From assembly GCA_041651415.1 (NCBI GenBank), contig JBAZJH010000001.1, forward strand, positions 151,713 to 215,712: DNA of 64,000 nt, written 5' to 3'. Origin of the DNA: Minisyncoccota bacterium (GTDB taxonomy: Bacteria; Patescibacteriota; Minisyncoccia; UBA6257; XYB1-36-10). How positions within the stretch are numbered: position 1 is the first letter of the stretch; the number at the start of each line of letters is the position of its first letter. The notes under the pieces are model-generated. The model saw only the letters and a program-made list of their open reading frames with translations, was not told the DNA's origin and did not search any database. Shown piece by piece: positions 55,489-63,421 of this stretch. Made by a program: the position numbers and the translations under genes.

Positions 55489-56049
55489 ATGGAAAAGAAA
55501 AATCTAGAAGCAATTATAGAAGGAATTTTATTCGCTCACGGAGAAGCGGTAAGTTTGGAGAAAATTGCCAAGACCGTAAAAAAAGATGAAGCGGAAATAA
55601 AAAATGCTTTAAAAAATCTGGAAGAGAAATATAAAAGCGAGGGAAGCGGAATCGCGCTTGTTTATCAAAAAGACAAGGTAAAATTAATCAGCGCGCCGGA
55701 AGTGGGAAGCTATATTGAAAAAATGATCAAGGAAGATTTTGACGAAAATCTGACTCCGGCGACTTTAGAAACCTTAACTATCGCCATTTATCTTGCTCCG
55801 GTTTCAAGAGCGGAAATAGATTTTATTAGAGGCGTGAATTCCGGTTTTATGTTAAGAGCGCTTTTAATGAGAGGGCTCTTGGAAAGAAAACCCGACCCGA
55901 AACGCCCGTATATTTATTTATATGAACCGACTTTCAACCTGCTTCAATATCTCGGCGTCAAAAAAATGGAAGATTTGCCGGAATACGAGAAATACCATAA
56001 TATTTTAAAATCACACGAAGAGAGCGGAGAGAAACAGGCAAGTTTATAA
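55489..56049 (+). CDS. scpB: Segregation and condensation protein B
   Basis: IEGILF, LETL, SRAEIDFIRGVNS, DLP. Confidence 0.95.
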   Translation: MEKKNLEAIIEGILFAHGEAVSLEKIAKTVKKDEAEIKNALKNLEEKYKSEGSGIALVYQKDKVKLISAPEVGSYIEKMIKEDFDENLTPATLETLTIAIYLAPVSRAEIDFIRGVNSGFMLRALLMRGLLERKPDPKRPYIYLYEPTFNLLQYLGVKKMEDLPEYEKYHNILKSHEESGEKQASL

Positions 56050-56068
56050 TTTTAAATCTGAAAGGAAA

Positions 56069-57079
56069 ATGAAAGATAATTATCTAAGCATCGTTTTTGT
56101 GGCAGTGATGATAGGGGTAACCTTTTTCAACCAAAAATACAATAAAGAAGAAACAGTCAGAGTGATAAAAAACGTTCCGAAAACGGAGAAGCAGGCCAGC
56201 GTTATCGCTTTAGCCGATTTAAAGCCGGCAAATTTTTCCGGACTGGTTTTAAAAACAGAAGAGATAGAAAAAAAGATAGAAGAGGAAGTGATAAAAAAAG
56301 CGGGAGAAATCAGTTTTTTAGAAGGAAAAAAAACAGAAGAGGAAAAAAACAAACCGAAAATCCCTGATTTTGAAGTGATGGCTAAAGTGGCGGCGATTTA
56401 CGACCTTACGGCAAAAAAAGAAATTTTTTCTAAAAATCCGGAAATGATTTGGCCTCTGGCCTCAATCACAAAAATAATGACGGCTGTCGTGGCAGCGGAA
56501 GAAATGGGTTTTGAAGCGCCGATTAAGATTTCGAAAGAAGCTTTAGAAACAGAAGAGATGGCCGGCAATTTTAATCCGGAAGAAGAGTTTGTTCTGCGGG
56601 ATATGATAATGTCTTTATTTTTAGTTTCTTCGAATGACGGAGCGGAAGCCATTGCGGAAAATTACGGATGGGAAAGTTTTATTGGAAAATTAAACGAGAA
56701 AGCGGCGGAAATCGGCATGGAAAAAACTTTTTACAAAGAACCGGCGGGACTTTCGCCGGAGAACACGACAAGCGCCGGAGATTTAGAAAAATTAATGGCC
56801 TATGTTTATCAAGAAAAGCCGGAACTTTTATTTTTCAGCCGGCAGAAAGAAACTGAGATAACCGATATAAAGTTTGGGAATAAGAAAACTTATAAAAGCA
56901 TAAATGAATTTGCAGGAGAAGCTAATTTTATCGGAGGGAAAACAGGCTACACGGAAGCCGCCAGAGGAAATCTTGTTTCGATTTTTTCCAAAAACGGCCA
57001 CGCAATTCTAATTATAGTTCTTGGCACGGAAGACCGATTTTCCGAAACCAGAAAACTTCTTGAGTGGACAGAGATTTAG
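56069..57079 (+). CDS. D-alanyl-D-alanine carboxypeptidase (peptidase S11)
   Basis: ASITKIMT, SSND, GKTGYT. Confidence 0.92.
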   Translation: MKDNYLSIVFVAVMIGVTFFNQKYNKEETVRVIKNVPKTEKQASVIALADLKPANFSGLVLKTEEIEKKIEEEVIKKAGEISFLEGKKTEEEKNKPKIPDFEVMAKVAAIYDLTAKKEIFSKNPEMIWPLASITKIMTAVVAAEEMGFEAPIKISKEALETEEMAGNFNPEEEFVLRDMIMSLFLVSSNDGAEAIAENYGWESFIGKLNEKAAEIGMEKTFYKEPAGLSPENTTSAGDLEKLMAYVYQEKPELLFFSRQKETEITDIKFGNKKTYKSINEFAGEANFIGGKTGYTEAARGNLVSIFSKNGHAILIIVLGTEDRFSETRKLLEWTEI

Positions 57080-57099
57080 GTTTATTATAAAGAACAATA

Positions 57100-58173
57100 A
57101 TGATAACTTCAGAAATAATAGCTTTTAGCCCATTCATTCAGGCAATAAGAGTTTTAAGTTCGGCATCGATATCATTTTTAATAGCGCTTCTTTTGACGCC
57201 GATTGTAATGAGAGGGCTGGAAAAATTTTCCATCAGAAAGCAGATAAGAACATCGGAGGAGGCGCCGATATTTTCCAATCTGCACAAGAAAAAGGAAGGA
57301 ACGCCGACGATGGGCGGAGTGATTATTTGGGGAACAGCGATTCTTATTGCCGGGTTCTTCAGAATGATGGATATATTTTTTGACGGAATCTGGACGCAGT
57401 TTAATTTTATAAACCGAGCAGAAACATATTTGCCGATAGCGGCAATGCTGATTGCGGCTTTAGTCGGATTAACCGATGATATTTTCGGAATTTTAAAAAT
57501 CGGGGGAACAAAAAGCGGGGGATTAAAAGTAAGAAATAAATTGATACTTTACACAGCCATCGCGCTTCTTGGCGCCTGGTGGTTTTATTATCGCCTGGGC
57601 TGGGATGTGCTTTTTATCCCGTTTTTGGGGTATATCAACATCGGAATATGGTATCTGCCGCTTTTCATTTTTGTGATTGTGGCTTCGGCGTTTTCCGCTA
57701 ATGAAACGGACGGACTCGACGGACTGCTCGGCGGAGTTTCTCTTTTTACTTTTTGCGCTTTATGCGCGGTGGCTTTCGCGCTCGGGAGATATGACCTCGC
57801 GGCATTTTCGGGAGTAATAATCGGAGCGCTTCTCGCTTTTCTTTGGTTTAATATCTATCCGGCCAAATTTTTTATGGGAGACACAGGGTCAATGGCTTTA
57901 GGCATCACTATCGGCGTAATAGCAATGCTCACCAACACCGCTCTCCTCTTGCCGTTTTTCGCTTTTATTTTTGTGGTGGAATCTCTTTCGGTAATAATTC
58001 AGATGTCCAGCAAAAAAATATTTAAAAGAAAGATATTTCTTTCCACGCCGATTCACCATCATTTTGAAGCCAAAGGCTGGCACGAAACAACAGTGACAAT
58101 GCGGTTTTGGATTGTGGCGGCTATTTTAAACGTAGTCGGAGTAGTAATCTTTTTCTTAAGCAGAATATTTTAG
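57100..58173 (+). CDS. mraY: Phospho-N-acetylmuramoyl-pentapeptide transferase
   Basis: KKEGTPTMGG, NETDGLDGL, FMGDTGS, PIHHHFE. Confidence 0.96.
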   Translation: MITSEIIAFSPFIQAIRVLSSASISFLIALLLTPIVMRGLEKFSIRKQIRTSEEAPIFSNLHKKKEGTPTMGGVIIWGTAILIAGFFRMMDIFFDGIWTQFNFINRAETYLPIAAMLIAALVGLTDDIFGILKIGGTKSGGLKVRNKLILYTAIALLGAWWFYYRLGWDVLFIPFLGYINIGIWYLPLFIFVIVASAFSANETDGLDGLLGGVSLFTFCALCAVAFALGRYDLAAFSGVIIGALLAFLWFNIYPAKFFMGDTGSMALGITIGVIAMLTNTALLLPFFAFIFVVESLSVIIQMSSKKIFKRKIFLSTPIHHHFEAKGWHETTVTMRFWIVAAILNVVGVVIFFLSRIF

Positions 58174-58270
58174 ATAATAGTTGTTCCGACTTACGTCGGA
58201 ATACTCAAATTTAAAATAAATTTTATTAAATAGATTCCTGCCTACGCAGGAATGACAAGAGAAAATTGGC

Positions 58271-59086
58271 ATGAAAAAAATAAAAATAACAAAAGCAAAC
58301 GGAGAACAGGATTATTTTTCGGCGGAAAAATTTTTAAACTCGCTTCTTAAGTCCGGGGCTTCCAGGGAAATAGCGGGAGACATTTTAAAAAAAATAGAAG
58401 GGGAATTAAGAGAGGGAATGACAACGGGAGAAATATATAAAAAAGCTTTCAGCGAGTTAAAAAGAGAACATCGGCCGGCAGCGGCGCGCTATAGCTTAAA
58501 GCAAGCTCTGATGGAACTCGGTCCGACCGGTTATCCTTTTGAACAAATAATCGGCAGAATCTTGGAAAAAGAAGGTTATAAAGTGAGTTTTCCGGATAGC
58601 GTTCAAGGAAGATGCATCAGCCACGAAGTGGACGTGGTGGCGGAAAAAGGAAAGGAAAAAATAATGGCAGAAGTTAAATTTCATAATCAGGCGGGGTTTC
58701 GAACGGACGCCAAAACAGCGATGTACGTGCGGGGAAGATTTGAGGATTTATCTTTTATAAAAGAAAACGGCTTTAGCCGCGGCTGGCTTGTCACTAACAC
58801 TAAATTTTCAAAAGACGCGATAGATTACGCCAACTGCGCCGGAATTAAAGCGATTGGATGGGATTATCCGAGCGAGCGGGGAATTGAAGAAATGCTTACT
58901 GAATCCAAACTCTTGCCGATAACAGTTTTAATAACTTTAAACAGAGAAGAAAAAAGAAAACTATTGGAAGCGGAAATTGTGGTTTGTTCCGATTTAAAAA
59001 CAAAAGGAAAGGAAGCGAGGGGAATAATCGGAGAAAAGAAATTGATTTCCGCTTTAAGAGAAGCGGAAGAGATAGAAAATAGATAA
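58271..59086 (+). CDS. ATP-cone + Mrr-like PD-(D/E)XK nuclease fusion
   Basis: ITKANG...F..EK ATP cone; GPTGYPFE, HEVDV, EVKFHN, VTNTKFS.DA..YA. Confidence 0.82.
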   Translation: MKKIKITKANGEQDYFSAEKFLNSLLKSGASREIAGDILKKIEGELREGMTTGEIYKKAFSELKREHRPAAARYSLKQALMELGPTGYPFEQIIGRILEKEGYKVSFPDSVQGRCISHEVDVVAEKGKEKIMAEVKFHNQAGFRTDAKTAMYVRGRFEDLSFIKENGFSRGWLVTNTKFSKDAIDYANCAGIKAIGWDYPSERGIEEMLTESKLLPITVLITLNREEKRKLLEAEIVVCSDLKTKGKEARGIIGEKKLISALREAEEIENR

Positions 59087-59098
59087 ATCTATTTTATC

Positions 59099-59134
59099 TA
59101 TCCACGTTTGGTACATATGTACCAAACGTGGATA
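59099..59134. repeat. 36-bp perfect palindrome with GGTACATATGTACC core
   Basis: TATCCACGTTTGGTACAT|ATGTACCAAACGTGGATA. Confidence 0.9.
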
Positions 59135-59194
59135 ATAGTTTATTTTAGTTTTAAAAAAACTCCCTGAAAAGGGAGTTTTAAATTTGATTCGATT

Positions 59195-59908
59195 TTAATC
59201 GACGCAGAATTCTGGGTTAAAAATAATCTCGGAGGAGAAAATGATCTTCAACTCGTAGAGCAAAATGAGCAGTTTTGACAAGGTTGTTTTCTTGTCTTTT
59301 TGGTCTTTTTGCGCTTCTTTGATGAGACTTTGAAAAAGACAAGAAAGAGAATACGTGATTTTTCCCAAGAGCTTATCAAACTCAAGCCAAGTTTCCGAAG
59401 GTAAAGATTCTTCATTATAAAGAATAGAGAAGATAGTCAATTCTCGAAGAATTTGCTGAATATTTTCTTTTCCTTCGTTAAAATTTTGAGAAAGGCGGGT
59501 AAGAAAAATTTCCGGATCTTCTAAATGATTAGGGAAATTAACCACTCCTTTGATGATGATTTTTATTTCAGCTAATCTTTTCGAATCGAGCTTCTTTTCG
59601 TCTTCCAGTTTTTGAAATGCTTTATTAACTGAATCAAGAAAAGAAGAGCTCTTTTCCGGAAAGACAATTATAAACCAGGAAAGTTCAGTGAGAAACGAAT
59701 CTTCATTCCAATCTTCTTCTTTCGGAAATTTATTTAATTTTTTTTCCCATTTTATCCTTGAGAAGGCTTTAATAAAACAAAAATGGGAAATAATTTTTAG
59801 AAGAGCGAGAAAGAAGATCTCTTCGCTTTCAGCGACAAAATCAATGAGTTTTTCCATAATGGAAGGCGGGATTTCAAAAATCGATTCATTAAGAACTAAC
59901 TTTTTCAT
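59195..59908 (-). CDS. Hypothetical helical protein (ORFan cassette)
   Basis: 237-aa ORF; AAAGGAG SD; TTGACT-17-TATAAC; terminator ~59157-59179. Confidence 0.75.
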   Translation of the reverse strand: MKKLVLNESIFEIPPSIMEKLIDFVAESEEIFFLALLKIISHFCFIKAFSRIKWEKKLNKFPKEEDWNEDSFLTELSWFIIVFPEKSSSFLDSVNKAFQKLEDEKKLDSKRLAEIKIIIKGVVNFPNHLEDPEIFLTRLSQNFNEGKENIQQILRELTIFSILYNEESLPSETWLEFDKLLGKITYSLSCLFQSLIKEAQKDQKDKKTTLSKLLILLYELKIIFSSEIIFNPEFCVD

Positions 59909-59985
59909 TGCTTTTCTCCTTTAAGACAAGATTTTTAAGGTGCCGAAAACTGAATATGTTATAAATCCTAACAACTTAAAAGTCA

Positions 59986-60102
59986 ATGAAACTTCACAGC
60001 CTGCGGTTGTTAAGTTTCACCCCGACCAAAGTCGGGGTTTTATTAAATCTTAGCCGCAAAAACCTTGCGCTAACGCGCAATGTTTCTACGGATATTTAAT
60101 AA
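59986..60102 (-). mobile_element. Non-autonomous element, diverged copy E5
   Basis: ATGAAACT end, AGTTTCACCCCGAC..GTCGGGG, TTATTAAATCTT...ATTTAATAAA. Confidence 0.8.
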
Positions 60103-60138
60103 AATGACAGCTTAACAAAGAGGGGTTAAAATAAGGGC

Positions 60139-63084
60139 GTGGAAAGCGTTTATTTAAAAAGATTTAAAGAAGAAATAGCAAAGCTCAATCCCGAGCAAAA
60201 AGAGGCGGTAGAAGCGATTGAAGGGCCAGTAATGGTGGTGGCAGGGCCGGGGACGGGAAAAACTCAGATTCTGACTTTACGAATCGCCAATATCTTGGAA
60301 AAAACCGACACAACGCCGGAAGCGATTCTCGCTTTGACTTTTACCGATTCGGCAACCGCTAATATGAAAAAGAGATTAGTTTCGATTATCGGCAGTCGAG
60401 GATATTACGCAACGATTTCAACATTCCACGGATTTTGCAATAAAATAATTCAGGAATATCCGGAATTCTTTCCAGAAATTATCGGCGGGAAAAGCATAGA
60501 TGAAATCGGCCGGACAGAACTTATCCAAGAGATAATCAGAAAAAATAAATTCAAAGAAATAAAACCGTTCGGCAATCCTTATTACTACACGCAAAAAATA
60601 ATTTCCACGATAAAAAAATTGAAGAATGAAGGAATCGCCGCAGCAGATTTAAAAAAAATAACGGAAAAAGAAGAAAGAGCTTTAAAAAAAGAAAAACTGC
60701 CGGCGGGAAAAAGAATGAAGGAAGAAAGGCGGATAAGAAAAAATAAAGAATTAAGCTTTGTTTATAAAGAATATCAAAAGGGACTCCGAAAAAAAGGATA
60801 TTATGATTTTGAGGATATGGTGCTTATGACTTTAAAGGCTTTAAAAAAGAACAAGGATTTTCTTTTGGAACTCCAAGAAACATACCAATATATATTAGTG
60901 GACGAGCACCAGGACACAAACGGAGCGCAAAACAAAGTGATTGAACTTCTGGGAAATTTTCACGAGAATCCGAATATTTTCGTGGTGGGAGACGAAAAGC
61001 AAGCCATTTTTCGTTTTCAAGGAGCATCGCTTGAAAATTTTCTCTTCTTTAAACAAAAATACAAAAAAGCCAAGCTGATAAATTTAAAGAGCAACTACCG
61101 CTCAACCCAGAATATACTCGACGCGGCGGACAGCTTGATAGAAAACAATCGAGAGAAAATTCCGGCAAAACTCAAAGCGGAAGCAAAAGGAAAAAGCGAG
61201 AAAATAAAAATTCGCGTTTTAACAAATAAAGAAGAAGAAATGGATTTTGTGGCGGAAAAAATAAAGGAAGAAATAAAAGAAGGAACGCAACCGGAAGAAA
61301 TAGGAGTGATTTTCAGAGAAAATAAAGACGCGGAGGATATTGCAGAAGCTTTAAAAAGAAAAGGAATAAATTTTTCCGTGGAATCGGACACGGATATTTT
61401 TCAAGACAGGGAAGTCCAAAAATTAATAACACTTTTGTCGGCAGTGGAAAAAATAGGAGATGACGAAAAGCTTTTACAGGCTTTGCATTTGGACTTCTTA
61501 AAAATAAAACAATTGGATATTTTTAAGCTTCTCGAAGCGAGAGAAAAAACAGGAACAGCGATTGTCAGAATAATTTCCGACCGAAGAAAAATGGCGGAAG
61601 CGGAAATAGAAGAAACAGAGAAAATTTTCGCTTTTTTTGAAAAACTTATGGAGTGGAAAAAGGAAAGCCATAATTACGGGCCAGTGGCAATTTTGGAAAA
61701 AACGATAAAAGATTCGGGGTTCTCGGAAAAAGTTTTGTCCCTTCCAAATTATTTTGAAATTCTGGAAAAAGTTTCAGTTTTATTTAAAGAAGCAAAAAGA
61801 ATGGCGGCAATCAGAAAAGAATATTCTTTGACTGATTTTTTGGAACACTTGGAGCTTTTAAAAGAAGAGGGAATCAGATTAAAAGGGAAAGAGACAAGAA
61901 GGGAAGGAATGGCGCGGCTTATGACTGCCCATAAAGCCAAGGGGCTTGAATTTGATGTTGTTTTTATTATTGGAGCAAGAGACGGGCATTTCGGAAATAA
62001 GAGAACAATGGAAGCATTTCAATTGCCGAACGAGCTTTCTTTTCGGGTGGAAAAAGCGGAAAAAAACGAAGACGAGAGAAGATTGTTTTATATGGCGATA
62101 ACAAGAGCGAGAAAAAAAGTTTTTATCACTTACCCCGAATATTCGGAAGAAGGCAAAGAGCAAGCGCCGTCGCAATTCATTGAGGAAATAAAAAAAGAGC
62201 TGAAAGAAGAGAGGAAAGAGGAAAAGAAAAAAAAAGAGTTTTATTTTTTAAAAAAAGACGAGAGAAAAGCGGAAGAAGCGGAAAAAAGTTTTCTGAAAGA
62301 GAAGTTTTTAAGAAAAGGACTTTCCGTGACAGCTTTAAACAATTATTTGGAATGCCCGTGGAAGTTTTTTTATGAAAGCTTGATAAAGATGCCGAAAATG
62401 AAGATGAAGCAGGCAAGCTTCGGAACGGCAACGCACGAGGCTTTAAACAGATTCTTCAATAAAAAAAGAAAGGGAGAAAAAGCGGACAGCAAATTTATTT
62501 TAAAAGAATTTGAAAGAGCTCTTAAATTAGAAGGATTAAGGGAAGAAGATTTCGAATCGGCTCTTTCAAAAGGAAAAAGAATTTTGCCGGATTTTTATAA
62601 CAACTACAAAGATATCTGGAACTATAACACCAAGAACGAAGTGAGAATAAGAGGAGAATTTTTTGATAAAGGAATAATCTTAAACGGAATGATAGACAAA
62701 ATGGAATTCATTACTCCCACTTCGCAGAAAATAGACATCGTGGATTATAAAACAGGAAAACCGAAAAGCCGGAACGAGATAGAAGGAAAAACAAAAACAA
62801 GCGGGGGAGAATATAAGAGACAGCTTGTTTTTTATAAAATTCTTCTTCAGGCCTTGCCGCAGAAATTTATTCTTGATAAGGCGATTCTTGATTTTGTAGA
62901 GCCGACAGATGGCGGAAAATTCAGAAAAGAATATTTTGAGATAAGCGAAAAAGAAACAGAGGATTTAAAAAAAGAAATAGAAAGAGTGTGGGAAGAGATA
63001 TTAAATTTTTCTTTTTGGAACGAGAGGTGCCAAGACAAGAAGTGCAAATATTGCCGATTAAGGGAGTTTGTAAAACACACTTGA
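60139..63084 (+). CDS. UvrD/PcrA-like SF1 helicase fused to PD-(D/E)XK nuclease
   Basis: AGPGTGKT, VDEHQD, VGDEKQAIF.FQGA, NYRS, HKAKGLEF, ERRLFY.AITRA; C-terminal IDK..DYKTG with four Cys. Confidence 0.93.
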   Translation: MESVYLKRFKEEIAKLNPEQKEAVEAIEGPVMVVAGPGTGKTQILTLRIANILEKTDTTPEAILALTFTDSATANMKKRLVSIIGSRGYYATISTFHGFCNKIIQEYPEFFPEIIGGKSIDEIGRTELIQEIIRKNKFKEIKPFGNPYYYTQKIISTIKKLKNEGIAAADLKKITEKEERALKKEKLPAGKRMKEERRIRKNKELSFVYKEYQKGLRKKGYYDFEDMVLMTLKALKKNKDFLLELQETYQYILVDEHQDTNGAQNKVIELLGNFHENPNIFVVGDEKQAIFRFQGASLENFLFFKQKYKKAKLINLKSNYRSTQNILDAADSLIENNREKIPAKLKAEAKGKSEKIKIRVLTNKEEEMDFVAEKIKEEIKEGTQPEEIGVIFRENKDAEDIAEALKRKGINFSVESDTDIFQDREVQKLITLLSAVEKIGDDEKLLQALHLDFLKIKQLDIFKLLEAREKTGTAIVRIISDRRKMAEAEIEETEKIFAFFEKLMEWKKESHNYGPVAILEKTIKDSGFSEKVLSLPNYFEILEKVSVLFKEAKRMAAIRKEYSLTDFLEHLELLKEEGIRLKGKETRREGMARLMTAHKAKGLEFDVVFIIGARDGHFGNKRTMEAFQLPNELSFRVEKAEKNEDERRLFYMAITRARKKVFITYPEYSEEGKEQAPSQFIEEIKKELKEERKEEKKKKEFYFLKKDERKAEEAEKSFLKEKFLRKGLSVTALNNYLECPWKFFYESLIKMPKMKMKQASFGTATHEALNRFFNKKRKGEKADSKFILKEFERALKLEGLREEDFESALSKGKRILPDFYNNYKDIWNYNTKNEVRIRGEFFDKGIILNGMIDKMEFITPTSQKIDIVDYKTGKPKSRNEIEGKTKTSGGEYKRQLVFYKILLQALPQKFILDKAILDFVEPTDGGKFRKEYFEISEKETEDLKKEIERVWEEILNFSFWNERCQDKKCKYCRLREFVKHT

Positions 63085-63158
63085 TTTTATTCTATGAATA
63101 TTGTAAAATAGTGTTAGAAATTCAAGTTTTAAATTCAAAGAAGAAAAGGATAGAGAAA

Positions 63159-63329
63159 ATGGAAAAGAAATGGTTTAAAAAAGAGTTAACTGAGGGATTT
63201 GTTGTTGGTTTTCTGAATGCTCTAAAAGATGCAGGGGTAGCTCCGGAAGAAATAAAAGTCGCCTCTTCATCTTTTCATGAAGGAAGTTATCTGGTTTTTT
63301 ATTATTTTTACGAAGAGGTTATAAATTAG
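63159..63329 (+). CDS. Small hypothetical protein (56 aa; ORFan cassette)
   Basis: AAAAGGA SD; TTGATT-17-TAAAAT; terminator AAGCTCGGGAA..TTCCCGAGCTT+T run 63347-63375. Confidence 0.65.
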   Translation: MEKKWFKKELTEGFVVGFLNALKDAGVAPEEIKVASSSFHEGSYLVFYYFYEEVIN

Positions 63330-63421
63330 ATAGCCTTAAAAAGTTTAAGCTCGGGAATTTTTCCCGAGCTTTTTTGTTTTATTCAATAAGGCAAAAAACA
63401 TTTTATGCTATAATTTAGGGA

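Noticed and set aside
8633-63080. Numerous 60-155 aa antisense ORFs inside well-supported genes
   Set aside because: Typical reverse-strand shadows of A-rich coding DNA (Phe/Ser/Leu-rich, no motifs, no initiation signals)
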